Numbered from the whole stretch's first letter, positions 28,724 through 39,932 are shown. The stretch is 63,625 nucleotides of DNA, filler included, from 4 parts of 4 records of this genome joined end to end with filler, not necessarily neighbours in it, one strand, 5' to 3'. Numbers and translations: made by a program. Notes: generated by a model from the letters alone, not told the origin.

Positions 28724-29830
28724 ATGAATGACCAAAAAAACACTCTTTTTTCTGAATACAACATGAATGGTTTAAATTTAAAAAATAGAGTTGTGATGGC
28801 TCCTATGACAAGGAATTTTTCACCAAACGGAGTGCCAAAAGACTATGCTCCAACTTACTATGCTCGAAGAGCTCAAGGAGGTGTTGGTTTAATAATTACT
28901 GAGGGGGTTGAAGTAAGCCATAGAGCTGCTAGCGGTTACCCAAATTGTCCAAATTTAGAAACAGACGAAGCAAAAAAAATGTGGGAAAAAGTCGTGAATA
29001 AAGTTCATGAAAATAATTCTTCAATCTTCTGTCAACTCTGGCATGTGGGTGGGATTAGAAAGCCAGGGATGCCCCCTATTCCAGAAGTTCCAGGATTCAC
29101 TCCATCAGGTTACGTAGTGCCTGGCAAAAAAGTAGCATATGAAATGTCGCATGATGAAATTAAAGAGTTGATTAAGATTTACGCTGAGGACGCAAAAATT
29201 TGTGAAGAGATTGGATTTGATGGTGTGGAAATTCATGGTGCGCATGGGTATTTAATTGATCAGTTTTTCTGGGATAAAATTAATCTAAGGACAGATGAAT
29301 ATGGTGGCTCCATAGAAAATAGGTCAAGATTTGCCAAAGAAATCCTTGAGGCATCACAAGAGAAAACCTCAGATAGTTTTCAAGTTGGAATAAGAGTTTC
29401 TCAATGGAAGCAACAAGATTACGAAGCAAAAATTACATCGGATGCAGACGAGTTAAATCAATTTTTTAATATTCTAAAAAATGCTGGAGCTGATTTTATT
29501 CATTGCAGCAATCGTAGGTTCTGGGAAGGAGAATTTAATTCCAAGGGCAAAAATTTGGCTGGGGTGGCAAAAGAAGCAACCGGACTTCCAACTATAAGTG
29601 TTGGCAGCGTTGGTTTAGACAAAGATTTTATCAAGCTTTATTCTGGTGACCATAAAACTCAAACTGCCGATTTAGATGCTCTGCATGAAAAGCTCAATAA
29701 ATCCGAGTTCGACCTAATAGCAGTTGGAAGAGCGCTCTTGTCAGATCCTGATTGGGCAAATAAAGTTCAGGATGGAAAAGAGGACCAGATTGTACCTTTT
29801 GATAAGAGCTTTGTTGAGAATTATGTTTAA
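28724..29830 (+). CDS. Old Yellow Enzyme family NADH:flavin oxidoreductase
   Basis: LKNRVVMAPMTR, QLWHVG, EIHGAHGYLIDQF, RTDEYGGS.ENR.RF, AVGRALL.DP. Confidence 0.93.
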   Translation: MNDQKNTLFSEYNMNGLNLKNRVVMAPMTRNFSPNGVPKDYAPTYYARRAQGGVGLIITEGVEVSHRAASGYPNCPNLETDEAKKMWEKVVNKVHENNSSIFCQLWHVGGIRKPGMPPIPEVPGFTPSGYVVPGKKVAYEMSHDEIKELIKIYAEDAKICEEIGFDGVEIHGAHGYLIDQFFWDKINLRTDEYGGSIENRSRFAKEILEASQEKTSDSFQVGIRVSQWKQQDYEAKITSDADELNQFFNILKNAGADFIHCSNRRFWEGEFNSKGKNLAGVAKEATGLPTISVGSVGLDKDFIKLYSGDHKTQTADLDALHEKLNKSEFDLIAVGRALLSDPDWANKVQDGKEDQIVPFDKSFVENYV

Positions 29831-31020
29831 AGCTCTTGGCTATCTATATCTAAAGACCTAACACTTATCACATGCTCAACTGATTTAAGTTGCTCAATAA
29901 GTTGCTTGCTGGCTTGGGATTCTAGATCAATTAGGTTTATGGCAATTTCATCTCTACTTTTATTGGTCATTTCAGCGATATTAATATCAAAAGCTGCAAT
30001 TGAATCAGCAATTTTACTAATCATTCCTGGCTCATTGTGATTAATTATTACCAAGCGATGATTGGTGCCTCTAGAAAGTGATATTCTTGGAAAATTTACT
30101 GAATTCAAAATTGTGCCATCTTGAAGATAATTAACCATTTGATTTGCGGCCATGACAGCGCAGTTTACTTCAGCCTCTTTTGTGCTTGCTCCCAGGTGAG
30201 GCAAAAGCACTACATCATTCTTGTCAACAGAACGTTTGATTAGCTCAGGAGTAGGGAAATCTGTAACAAATCTTCCTAGATTTCCATTCTCAAGCCCCGC
30301 TATTACATCATCAGTGTTAACTATGCCGCCTCTTGATAAATTGATAAGCCTCGCTCCGTTTTTAAATTTTTTTAAGTTTGACTTGTTGATAAGATTTTTT
30401 GTGTCCTCAACAAGTGGAACATGCAGAGAAACATAGTCTGACTGCTGCAAAAGAGCTTCCATGGTCTCAGCCTTCTCAACGTCTGCAGGAAGCCTCCACG
30501 CCCCTTCGATTGAAATGTAAGGATCATATCCCACCAATCGCATCCCAAGAGTATGCGCTGCTTGGGCAAGCATTGATCCAATTGATCCAAGCCCGATTAT
30601 TCCAAGCGTCTTGCCAGCAAGTTCATTGCCAGCAAATGCTTTCTTTTGTGCTTCCATCGCCTTGTTTAGGCTTTCAGCATCTTCAAAATCAAGTTTTTTA
30701 GCAAACTCTATCCCCTCAATAATGCCTCGAGAAGAAAGCAACATTCCGCATATAACAAGCTCTTTTACTGCATTTGCATTTGCGCCTGGAGTGTTAAAAA
30801 CAACAATTCCTTTTTTGGTTGCATCTTCTATAGGTATATTGTTTGTTCCAGCACCTGCTCGTGCTATGCACAAAAGATTGTCTTCAAAATCTTTATTTGA
30901 AATATTATAGCTTCTGAGCAATATTCCATCAGGCTTCTCAGATACCTCTTTGAATTTTTTATTGCGCAGTATATCAAGACCATCTTCAGCAATATTATTG
31001 AAGGTTTTATAATTAAACAT
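29827..31020 (-). CDS. serA: D-3-phosphoglycerate dehydrogenase with ACT domain
   Basis: RAGAGTNNI, NTPGANANAVKE, GLGSIG, PHLGAST.EAE; C-terminal ACT (N.PGMI). Confidence 0.9.
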   Translation of the reverse strand: MFNYKTFNNIAEDGLDILRNKKFKEVSEKPDGILLRSYNISNKDFEDNLLCIARAGAGTNNIPIEDATKKGIVVFNTPGANANAVKELVICGMLLSSRGIIEGIEFAKKLDFEDAESLNKAMEAQKKAFAGNELAGKTLGIIGLGSIGSMLAQAAHTLGMRLVGYDPYISIEGAWRLPADVEKAETMEALLQQSDYVSLHVPLVEDTKNLINKSNLKKFKNGARLINLSRGGIVNTDDVIAGLENGNLGRFVTDFPTPELIKRSVDKNDVVLLPHLGASTKEAEVNCAVMAANQMVNYLQDGTILNSVNFPRISLSRGTNHRLVIINHNEPGMISKIADSIAAFDINIAEMTNKSRDEIAINLIDLESQASKQLIEQLKSVEHVISVRSLDIDSQEL

Positions 31021-31189
31021 GTTACCAGTCAGGGGGACTTAGTTAAAAGTAAGGTTAGTTTATTATATTAAATACCAAACAAAAACATTTAAAACTATTT
31101 AATTCAATAAACTTAAAAATAACTCATTTAGGATGCCTTGAAATCGTTCTAGGCAAATTTTTTATTGCATTGCGAGCAAAAGTATCTTT

Positions 31190-32653
31190 TTAGTTATATG
31201 CGTCCAGAAGCACTCTCAGAAATTTTCTCCATTTAGCCAGGTCACTTGGATCTAAAATTTCATCTCTGGGTCGATAAGTGGTTGAATGTTTAGATTGCTT
31301 CGCTTGCAAGTCATCAATAGAGAAGAAATTAGATCCTAAACCAGCAGTTATTGCAGCACCTGTGGCCGTCGATTCTAAGCTTGGGGGAACGTGCACCTCC
31401 TGGCCCAAAAAATCTGCTAGTAACTGGCAAAAACTAGAATTAGCAGCCATACCCCCATCAATAGATAAATTATTAATTTCTATCCCATCAATTTTCAAAG
31501 CTTCTTTAATATCCATTACTTGGTAGATTAGCGCTTTGAATGCGGCTGTAACCATATCTGTTTTTGTTGAGTCCCTAGTAATGCCGTAAAATGCTGCCCT
31601 TATTTCTGAATTCCAGTGTGGAGCTCCGATCCCTGTAAAACCCGGAACAAATAAAACATCATTGGACTTACCGGCCGCATCAAGAAATTTTATGCTTTCT
31701 TCGGAATTTAAAAAAAATTCCATATTATCTCGCAGCCATTGGATAATTGTTCCGGCAGAAAAAATGCTTCCTTCTAAAGCATAAGATACTTCGCCAGAAA
31801 GACCATACCCAAGGGTATTGAGGAGTCCAGAGGTCGACTGCAATGATTCATTACCAGTATTGACCATTAAAAAACACCCTGTACCAAATGTTGCTTTCAT
31901 TTGGCCAGGCTGAAAACATCTTTGCCCTACCAGTGCGCTTTGCTGATCTCCAATCACGCCTGTAATTTGAATTATCTTGTCGCCCCTTGTGCATGTTCCA
32001 AAATTACTATCAGAGGAATGAACCTCTGGCAGCATTGACGCTGGAACATTGAAAATCTCAAGAAGTTCATCGTCCCAATCTCTTGAATGTATGTTATATA
32101 AATTAGTTCTAGATGCGTTTGTGACGTCGGTTTTGAAAATATCTCCATTACTTAATTGCCACAATAGATATGTATCCACTGTTCCAAACCTTAATTTGCC
32201 TGCTTCTGCTTTAGTTCTTGCGCCATCAATATTATCTAAAATCCAAGATATTTTTGTTGATGAAAAATACGGATCCAGCAGAAGACCTGTTTTGTTCCTT
32301 ATAACTTCTTCATAACCAGCTTGTTTGAGTTGCATGCAACGATCTGCTGTTCTTCTATCCTGCCAGACAATTGCGTTATAAATGGGTAGGCCAGAATCAG
32401 CATCCCAGATTAAAGTCGTCTCGCGCTGATTGGTTATTCCTAGAGCCACAATATCTGGACAAATATCAATCACAGGGTCAATGGTTGCATAAACAGAATC
32501 CATTAATGTTTTGGGCTCAATCTCTACCCAACCATCATTGGGGTACAGTAAAGAGTACTCTTTTTGCTCTGAGTGTATGATATTTAGATCTTTGTCAAAC
32601 GCCACAGCTCTTGTGCTAGTTGTCCCTTGATCGATAGCCATTAATACAGTCAT
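31190..32653 (-). CDS. glpK: Glycerol kinase
   Basis: DQGTTSTR, GITNQRETT, WQDRRT, DPYFS, GDQQSAL, YALEGS motifs. Confidence 0.93.
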   Translation of the reverse strand: MTVLMAIDQGTTSTRAVAFDKDLNIIHSEQKEYSLLYPNDGWVEIEPKTLMDSVYATIDPVIDICPDIVALGITNQRETTLIWDADSGLPIYNAIVWQDRRTADRCMQLKQAGYEEVIRNKTGLLLDPYFSSTKISWILDNIDGARTKAEAGKLRFGTVDTYLLWQLSNGDIFKTDVTNASRTNLYNIHSRDWDDELLEIFNVPASMLPEVHSSDSNFGTCTRGDKIIQITGVIGDQQSALVGQRCFQPGQMKATFGTGCFLMVNTGNESLQSTSGLLNTLGYGLSGEVSYALEGSIFSAGTIIQWLRDNMEFFLNSEESIKFLDAAGKSNDVLFVPGFTGIGAPHWNSEIRAAFYGITRDSTKTDMVTAAFKALIYQVMDIKEALKIDGIEINNLSIDGGMAANSSFCQLLADFLGQEVHVPPSLESTATGAAITAGLGSNFFSIDDLQAKQSKHSTTYRPRDEILDPSDLAKWRKFLRVLLDAYN

Positions 32654-32674
32654 ATAAACACCAATGTTCTTAAG

Positions 32675-32793
32675 TTATCCACAATTTACTCACTTTGTCT
32701 TCACAGTCAATAAACACCATTTATACAGCATATTGTGAAAAATTTAAAAGAATTCACAATATATTGTGTTTTTTACTTGATTATTTATCCACA
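32675..32793 (+). promoter_or_regulatory. nrdAB promoter region: two DnaA boxes flanking tandem NrdR boxes
   Basis: TTATCCACA at 32675-32683 and 32785-32793. NrdR-like ATACAGCATATTGTGA (32723-32738) and TCACAATATATTGTGT (32754-32769), 31 nt apart. Confidence 0.85.
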
Positions 32794-32907
32794 ATGTAAG
32801 AATATTGACACTGGTTAAAGAGATTTCAAAAAAAGACGTTTTGACCCCACCCATTGGTAAATTTTTAGAAAATTAGCCAACGAAAGAAACAAACATAGAG
32901 GAAAAAA

Positions 32908-35802
32908 ATGACAATACAAGAGTTAGGAAAGACTCAAGAAGGTGCTGGGCAAGAAGCAATTAAAGCAATCCCGTCAGATGATTTAAATATAACAGCACCT
33001 GGAAAGCTCAGGGTAATAAAGCGTAACGGTAAAGTTGTTCCATTTGAGGAAGACAAAATAAAAGTTGCTGTTACAAAGGCTTTTCTGGCTAACGAATCTG
33101 GAAACGCAGCAGCAAGCGAAAGAATACATATAAAAGTTGAAGACATTACGGCCGAAGTGCAAGAGATTTTTAAAAGAAGAATGCCCTCAGGTGGTACTTT
33201 ACATATTGAAGAGATACAAGACCAAGTAGAGCTTCAGCTTATGCGCAATGAAGAGTATGTTGTAGCCAGAAAATATATTCTATACAGAGAAGAAAGAGCC
33301 ACAGAAAGAACAAAAGATGCGCCTAAGCAATCTAACATAGATGCGCCAAAGATCTCTGTTACAAAAAAAGATGGCTCTCAAGTCCCACTTGATATTGATA
33401 GGTTGGCTGCTGTAGTTAATCATGCATGCGAAGGACTGGAAGACGTTGATGCTAATTCAATTCTAGAAGAATCAGTTAAAAACTTATATGACGGTGTTTC
33501 AATAAGCGATATGAAGTCGGCTCTTGTTATGTCAGCAAGGACTAAAGTAGAGCAAGAACCAAATTATAGCTTTGTCACAGCAAGAATTTTGCTAGATGAG
33601 CTGAGGAGTGAGGCTCTAACCTTTCTTGGCATAGCTGAAGAAAGCTCACACCCTGAAATGCAAGATTATTATCCAAAAGCTTTTAAAGCATACATAGAAA
33701 AAGGCGTAGAACTTGAGATGCTCGATCCAATTTTGAAAGGTTTTGACCTGCAAAAACTAGGCGAAGCTATTGATCACGATAGAGATTATCAATTCACCTA
33801 TCTTGGACTTCAAACATTGTATGACAGGTACTTTATTCATTATCAGGATACAAGATATGAGCTTCCTCAAATCTTTTTTATGAGAGTTGCTATGGGATTA
33901 GCCGTAGAAGAAGACAATAAAGAGGAAAGAGCGATTGAATTCTACAGGTTGCTTTCAAGTTTTGATTATATGAGCTCAACACCAACCCTTTTTAATTCTG
34001 GAACTTTACGTCCTCAGCTTTCCTCATGTTATCTAACGACTATTCCAGATGATCTAGATGGGATATTTGGAGCAATGAAAGATAATGCTTTGCTATCCAA
34101 ATGGGCAGGAGGGCTTGGTAATGACTGGTCACCAGTTAGAGCATTAGGCTCTTATATCAAAGGAACGAATGGTAAAAGTCAGGGAGTTGTACCCTTCTTA
34201 AAAGTTGCTAACGATACAGCTGTAGCAGTTAATCAAGGCGGCAAAAGAAAGGGCGCTATGTGTGCTTACTTAGAAACATGGCACCTAGACATAGAAGAGT
34301 TCCTGGATCTCAGAAAAAATACCGGTGATGACAGAAGAAGAACCCACGACATGAATACCGCAAACTGGGTACCTGATCTATTTATGAAAAGAGTTGAATT
34401 AGACAAAAATTGGACGCTTTTTTCTCCAGGCGAAACTCCAGATTTACATGACCTTACCGGTCTTGCATTTGAAAAAAGATATGAAGAATATGAAGCATTG
34501 GCTGCTGAAGGAAAAATGGATCAACACAAAACTATTCCAGCCAAAGATCTATGGAGAAAAATGCTAACTATGTTGTTTGAAACGGGCCATCCATGGATAA
34601 CGTTTAAAGATTCATGCAATTTACGTTCGCCGCAACAGCATGTTGGAGTCATTCACTCATCTAACCTATGTACTGAGATAACTCTAAACACAAGCAATGA
34701 TGAAATAGCTGTTTGTAATCTTGGATCAGTAAATCTTCCTCAACATATGAAAGATGGTGTCTTGGATCAAGAAAAAGTAAAACGTACGGTAACCACTGCT
34801 CTGCGTATGCTTGATAATGTTATTGATATCAACTATTACTCAGTAGACACAGCCAAGAACTCAAATCTCAAACATCGCCCAGTAGGAATGGGGCTGATGG
34901 GTTTTCAAGATGCTTTGTATATGCAAGATGTGCCCTACTGTTCTGATGAAGCCATTGAGTTTGCAGATCGAAGCATGGAAGTTATAAGTTATTATGCAAT
35001 TTACGCATCAAGCGAGCTTGCAAAAGAAAGAGGAGCATACCCATCATATGAAGGGTCTTTATGGAGCCAAGGCATATTTCCAAAAGATTCAATAGATATT
35101 CTAGAAAAGAACCGAGGTAGTGAATTTATCAAAGTTGATAGATCTGAAACACTAGATTGGGATCAACTGCGCACAAAAGTTAAAAAGGATGGTATGAGAA
35201 ACTCGAATGTAATGGCAATTGCGCCGACAGCAACGATCTCTAATATTACTGGCGTAACTCAATCAATTGAGCCCACTTATCAAAATCTATACGTTAAGTC
35301 TAACCTTTCAGGTGAATTTACTATCGTTAACCCTCACCTTGTAAAAAAACTCAAGGCAATAGATTTGTGGGATGACGTTATGATCAATGACCTAAAGTAC
35401 TTTGAGGGCAGCCTAAGTGAAATATCAAGAATTCCTGATGATATTAAAAAGCTTTTCTCTACAGCATTTGAAGTGGAGCCCCAGTACATTGTTGAATCTG
35501 CAAGCAGAAGGCAAAAATGGATAGATCAAGCTCAATCATTAAATTTATATATCGGTAATGCTAATGGTAAAAAACTAGATCTTACATATAGAATGGCTTG
35601 GTATTCAGGTTTAAAAACAACTTACTATCTAAGGTCTATAGCAGCAACTACAACTGAAAAATCAACCATCAACCAAGGCAGCTTAAATGCAGTCAGTGCT
35701 CAGACCGAACAAGTACCAGAGGTTCCTTATGAGCTTGGTACACCAGCGCCTGTGCCAGAAGCATGCTCATTGGATGATCCTGACTGTGAAGCCTGTCAGT
35801 AA
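32908..35802 (+). CDS. nrdA: Class Ia ribonucleotide reductase alpha subunit with two ATP-cone domains
   Basis: VIKRNG and VTKKDG ATP cones, TPTLFNSG, QLSSCY, SNLCTEI, VCNLGS, KTTYY, C-terminal CEACQ. Confidence 0.97.
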   Translation: MTIQELGKTQEGAGQEAIKAIPSDDLNITAPGKLRVIKRNGKVVPFEEDKIKVAVTKAFLANESGNAAASERIHIKVEDITAEVQEIFKRRMPSGGTLHIEEIQDQVELQLMRNEEYVVARKYILYREERATERTKDAPKQSNIDAPKISVTKKDGSQVPLDIDRLAAVVNHACEGLEDVDANSILEESVKNLYDGVSISDMKSALVMSARTKVEQEPNYSFVTARILLDELRSEALTFLGIAEESSHPEMQDYYPKAFKAYIEKGVELEMLDPILKGFDLQKLGEAIDHDRDYQFTYLGLQTLYDRYFIHYQDTRYELPQIFFMRVAMGLAVEEDNKEERAIEFYRLLSSFDYMSSTPTLFNSGTLRPQLSSCYLTTIPDDLDGIFGAMKDNALLSKWAGGLGNDWSPVRALGSYIKGTNGKSQGVVPFLKVANDTAVAVNQGGKRKGAMCAYLETWHLDIEEFLDLRKNTGDDRRRTHDMNTANWVPDLFMKRVELDKNWTLFSPGETPDLHDLTGLAFEKRYEEYEALAAEGKMDQHKTIPAKDLWRKMLTMLFETGHPWITFKDSCNLRSPQQHVGVIHSSNLCTEITLNTSNDEIAVCNLGSVNLPQHMKDGVLDQEKVKRTVTTALRMLDNVIDINYYSVDTAKNSNLKHRPVGMGLMGFQDALYMQDVPYCSDEAIEFADRSMEVISYYAIYASSELAKERGAYPSYEGSLWSQGIFPKDSIDILEKNRGSEFIKVDRSETLDWDQLRTKVKKDGMRNSNVMAIAPTATISNITGVTQSIEPTYQNLYVKSNLSGEFTIVNPHLVKKLKAIDLWDDVMINDLKYFEGSLSEISRIPDDIKKLFSTAFEVEPQYIVESASRRQKWIDQAQSLNLYIGNANGKKLDLTYRMAWYSGLKTTYYLRSIAATTTEKSTINQGSLNAVSAQTEQVPEVPYELGTPAPVPEACSLDDPDCEACQ

Positions 35803-35817
35803 ATACGGAGAAAAAAA

Positions 35818-37065
35818 ATGTTAAATTGGGATGAATATAATAAAGAAGATGCTCAGGTAGCTCCTGCGATTAAAAGCACAGCACCAGAGATACCTCAAAC
35901 TGTCGAGCCAGTTGCTCAGATCGAACCTGTAAAAGCTGAAGCATCTTCTTCAAACATTGAAGCAGGATCTAGGGCAGAGGCTGCAAAAAAAGCCATGGAG
36001 GCTTTTGACGCATCTGAAGGTGTGAAAGAGCTAAATGAAATGCATAGCGGCAGAGTTCAAGTTGATGATAAGGCTATGATCAATTGTAAAGCTGATCTCA
36101 ATCAATTGGTTCCATTCAAATATGACTGGGCTTGGCAAAAATATCTTGATGGAAGTGCCAACCACTGGATGCCTCAAGAAGTTAATATGACTGCAGATAT
36201 CTCGCTCTGGAAATCAGAGGGTGGCTTAACAGATGATGAAAGAACTATTGTTAAAAGAAACCTTGGATTCTTTTCAACTGCAGATTCCTTAGTTGCAAAT
36301 AATTTAGTGCTTGCTTTGTATAGGCTCATAACCAATCCCGAATGCCGACAATATATTTTGAGACAAAGCTTAGAGGAAGCCATTCACACCCATGCATATC
36401 AGTACTGCATTGAATCACTTGGCATGGATGAAGGAGAAATATTTAACATGTATAGAGAAATCCCAAGTGTTGCTAAAAAAGCTGCCTGGGGGTTGAAATA
36501 TACACAGCAAATTTCAAATCCAGCCTTTCAAACAGGAACGACAGAAACTGATAAGCAGCTTTTAAAAAATCTCATAGCATTTTACTGTGTGCTTGAGGGC
36601 ATATTCTTTTATTGTGGCTTTACACAAATTTTATCAATGGGAAGACGAAATAAGATGACAGGAACAGCTGAGCAGTTTCAATACATCTTGAGAGATGAAT
36701 CAATGCACGTAAATTTTGGAATCGATGTCATTAATCAAATTAAAATTGAAAACCCGCATCTTTGGGATGAGGAGATGAAGAATGAGGCAGCACAGATGAT
36801 TCTTGAAGGAACAGAACTAGAGATTCAGTATGCAAGAGATACTATGCCTAGAGGCGTTCTAGGTATGAATGCTGCCATGATGGAAGAATACCTACAATTT
36901 ATTGCAAACAGAAGATTGACTCAAATTGGTCTTGATGAAGAGTTCAAAGGAGCAACCAATCCCTTTCCTTGGATGTCTGAGATCATGGATCTAAGAAAAG
37001 AGAAAAATTTCTTCGAGACTCGTGTTATTGAATACCAAACAGGTGGTGCCTTAAACTGGGAGTAA
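35818..37065 (+). CDS. nrdB: Class Ia ribonucleotide reductase beta subunit
   Basis: [18 protein letters not shown] (radical Tyr), [25 protein letters not shown]. Confidence 0.97.
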   Translation: MLNWDEYNKEDAQVAPAIKSTAPEIPQTVEPVAQIEPVKAEASSSNIEAGSRAEAAKKAMEAFDASEGVKELNEMHSGRVQVDDKAMINCKADLNQLVPFKYDWAWQKYLDGSANHWMPQEVNMTADISLWKSEGGLTDDERTIVKRNLGFFSTADSLVANNLVLALYRLITNPECRQYILRQSLEEAIHTHAYQYCIESLGMDEGEIFNMYREIPSVAKKAAWGLKYTQQISNPAFQTGTTETDKQLLKNLIAFYCVLEGIFFYCGFTQILSMGRRNKMTGTAEQFQYILRDESMHVNFGIDVINQIKIENPHLWDEEMKNEAAQMILEGTELEIQYARDTMPRGVLGMNAAMMEEYLQFIANRRLTQIGLDEEFKGATNPFPWMSEIMDLRKEKNFFETRVIEYQTGGALNWE

Positions 37066-37146
37066 GCCATCAACTTGTTGATTGGATCGGTATAATTTTT
37101 ATCCCTAGGCTATAATTACAGAATCTTAAACTAGGGGAAGATTCAC

Positions 37147-38475
37147 ATGACTGATGCTCATCAGCCAACAAAAGGCTATCGTACTTTTGTTCTAATACTG
37201 CTAACCGTTGTCTACGGATTTAACTTTATCGATCGCCAAATTGTAGGGATACTTGCTCCCTTTATCCAAGAGGATTTAAACCTAACAAATACAGAGTTAG
37301 GATTGTTAATAGGTTTGGCATTTGCAATATTCTATACAACCGTTGCCATCCCAATCGCATGGTTAGCAGATAGATATAACAGAGTTAATATATTATCGAT
37401 GGCTCTTGCAACATGGAGTGGGTTTACAGCGTTAACTGGCCTAGCAACAAATTTTTTCCAGATCGGCCTTGCTCGAATGGGAGTTGGTATTGGTGAAGCT
37501 GGTGGCAGCCCTCCATCTCACTCAATTATCTCTGATATGTATCCAAAAGAAGAGCGAGCGAGTGCTCTTGGGGTTTATGCCATGGGGATACCGCTGGGTA
37601 TTATGGCTGCTTACTTTGTTACTGCAGCTCTTATAGGAGCATCCAGCGAGGATGTGAATTGGAGAGAGATATTTGTCTTCTTGGGTGTTACAGGAATTCT
37701 TTTAGCAGTGGTTGTTAAATTAACAATTCGAGAGCCTATTCGCGGAGCAATGGAATTTGATGATCAAAGAGAAATTGCAAAACCTCCCTTTATAGAATCT
37801 CTAAAAACCCTTCTTCAAATTCCAGCATGGTGGGCAATGTGCCTTGGTATAGCTTTTGGATCCTTTGTTTCATATTCTAAGTCTGCTTTCCATACCAAAT
37901 ATCTAGTTACTTTGGATCCAAGCTTTGATTTCCAAACCCTAGTTATTATTCTAGGTTTTGTTAATGGGCTTACATATGCAGGTGGTGCATTCTTTGGAGC
38001 AAGGCTAGCTGATAGCTGGGGTAAAAAAGATATAAGAGCCTATGGGTGGTTGCCAGCCATCTCAATAGCGATTTGTCTGCCTTTGGGTATTGCAGCTTGG
38101 TGGTCAACTTCTGTTGAGATGAATCTAGTATTCACATCGTTATTTTTAATCTTTATGGGAATATACCTAGGTCCAAGTTTTGCAATTGCACAAACACTAG
38201 CTCCTATACATATGCGTGCTATGTCAACTGCCCTTTTCTTCTTTATTTTAAATATGATTGGTTTAGGTCTTGGGCCAAGCATTTCAGGCTGGATGATTGA
38301 TATGTTTAAAGCGAATAATGGTGAAGTTGAATCCATTAGATATGCTATGACGGTAACTTCACTTGTATTTATCCCATCAATTATTAGCTTTTTGGTTGTT
38401 GCACGTAAACTTCCCGAAGATTGGGCAACTGCCGAAAAAAATAATCTTAAATTAGCAAAAAGTGAATCTTCATGA
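37147..38475 (+). CDS. MFS transporter (spinster-like)
   Basis: NFIDRQI, WLADRYNR, ARMGVGIGEAG..PPSHS.ISD; about 12 TM. Confidence 0.9.
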   Translation: MTDAHQPTKGYRTFVLILLTVVYGFNFIDRQIVGILAPFIQEDLNLTNTELGLLIGLAFAIFYTTVAIPIAWLADRYNRVNILSMALATWSGFTALTGLATNFFQIGLARMGVGIGEAGGSPPSHSIISDMYPKEERASALGVYAMGIPLGIMAAYFVTAALIGASSEDVNWREIFVFLGVTGILLAVVVKLTIREPIRGAMEFDDQREIAKPPFIESLKTLLQIPAWWAMCLGIAFGSFVSYSKSAFHTKYLVTLDPSFDFQTLVIILGFVNGLTYAGGAFFGARLADSWGKKDIRAYGWLPAISIAICLPLGIAAWWSTSVEMNLVFTSLFLIFMGIYLGPSFAIAQTLAPIHMRAMSTALFFFILNMIGLGLGPSISGWMIDMFKANNGEVESIRYAMTVTSLVFIPSIISFLVVARKLPEDWATAEKNNLKLAKSESS

Positions 38476-38735
38476 TTGAGAGTTTTTTGCAATATGGGCA
38501 ATGGGTAATCTTGGTGCTAAGTATCCTCAGTTTAGTTTTGGTAAGTTCAGTAAAGCATGAGACAAGATTAAATGGCTATATCTTAACTGGAATTAGCAGA
38601 TTTGCTGGTGGTTTGGTTTTTGTATTTGTAGATTTGCCTGCGTTTGTTATTGCAAATTTAATACAAACTTATATAGCTTTTAAGGGTTACTATAATAATA
38701 AAAAAGCCGGTGAGGAAAAAAATGAAGTTGTATGA
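38472..38735 (+). CDS. Small 3-TM membrane protein
   Basis: ATGA overlap with the MFS gene; three hydrophobic segments. Confidence 0.7.
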   Translation: MIESFLQYGQWVILVLSILSLVLVSSVKHETRLNGYILTGISRFAGGLVFVFVDLPAFVIANLIQTYIAFKGYYNNKKAGEEKNEVV

Positions 38736-39333
38736 CAATAAAATGGCTAACAGCCCAAGAAAAGTAAGAATGTTTATGGCTGAAAAAAATATTGATGATA
38801 TTGAGATGATTGAAATTGATATGATGAAAGGAGAGCATAAAACCCCTGAATATAGAGCTATAGCCCCTAACTCTAGAATTCCAGCGCTCCAGCTTGATGA
38901 TGGAACAGTCATCATGGAATCAACTGCTATATGTAGATATTTAGAATCTTTATACCCAGAACCAAACTTGTTTGGTGAAAGCCCTATAGAAATTGCTTCA
39001 ATTGAAATGTGGCAGTCGAGAATATATAACGAGTTAATGATACCTTTGGCAATGGGTTTTAGGCATTTGCATCCAGCAATGTCAGGCTTGGAAACACAAA
39101 ACAAAGAATATGGCGAGACGCAAAAAAATATTGGGATTAAATCGCTTAAATATTTTAATGGTGTTTTGTCAGAATCTAAATATGTTGCAGGTGAAAGATA
39201 CACATTTGCTGATATTCAGATGATAACAACAACTGATTTCTTTATTGGTCTAAATCGATTAGATATTAAAGATTATCCAGAAATTGAAAGGCATACAAAT
39301 CTGATATCTCAGCGTGAAAGCTTTTCTGCTTAA
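38722..39333 (+). CDS. Glutathione S-transferase family protein
   Basis: MKLY...SPRKVR, P..RIPAL.LDDG.VI.ES.AICRYLE, YTFADI. Confidence 0.92.
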   Translation: MKLYDNKMANSPRKVRMFMAEKNIDDIEMIEIDMMKGEHKTPEYRAIAPNSRIPALQLDDGTVIMESTAICRYLESLYPEPNLFGESPIEIASIEMWQSRIYNELMIPLAMGFRHLHPAMSGLETQNKEYGETQKNIGIKSLKYFNGVLSESKYVAGERYTFADIQMITTTDFFIGLNRLDIKDYPEIERHTNLISQRESFSA

Positions 39334-39932
39334 GCTTTATCTGCCTGTTCAAGAATTTTAATTGTTTGCTCAGGTCCACTAAATAGCTCTCTTGCATCTT
39401 CCATGTCAGAAACAGAATCCCACCCAGCTGCTATGTTCTCAGGAGTCATTTCATCACCTGTACCAAGAGCAAGACCCATAGTTTCCAAAATTCTAAATCT
39501 TGTAAATACTCCTGCCCCAGCTCCAATAATGGCTCCATTTTGACTTTCTTCACTAGCTAGGTAGATAACGGCTGGAGTAACGTACTCGGGCATAAACCTC
39601 TCACCAATGCCTTCTGGAAATAAAGAATCTGTCATTCTAGATAAAGCAACTGGAGCAACAGCACTTGAGAAGACATTATATTTTTGACCTTCTATCTTCA
39701 GACAATTCATCAAGCCGATCATGCCCATTTTTGCTGCGCCGTAATTTGCTTGACCAAAGTTACCACAAAGACCGCCAGAGGATGTGGTAAAAATTATTCT
39801 ACCGAAATTTTGTTCTCGCATGATTGGATAAACAGCGTGAGAAGCATAGAAACTTCCCTGAAAGTGCACATCCATTACCTGGTCGAATTCTTCAGTGGTA
39901 ATTTTATGAAAACTTTTATCTCTCAAGATTCC
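39330..39932 (-). CDS. SDR oxidoreductase (3-hydroxyacyl-CoA dehydrogenase-like), 5'-truncated by contig end
   Basis: (GI)LRDKSF, GRII.T.S..GL.GNFGQANYGAAKMG (YxxxK). Confidence 0.88.
   Translation of the reverse strand, partial: GILRDKSFHKITTEEFDQVMDVHFQGSFYASHAVYPIMREQNFGRIIFTTSSGGLCGNFGQANYGAAKMGMIGLMNCLKIEGQKYNVFSSAVAPVALSRMTDSLFPEGIGERFMPEYVTPAVIYLASEESQNGAIIGAGAGVFTRFRILETMGLALGTGDEMTPENIAAGWDSVSDMEDARELFSGPEQTIKILEQADKA

Noticed and set aside
35818-37065. Unusual RNR subclass (Ic/Ie)
   Set aside because: Metal ligands (D, ExxH, E, DExxH) and the radical Tyr are all present; ordinary class Ia.
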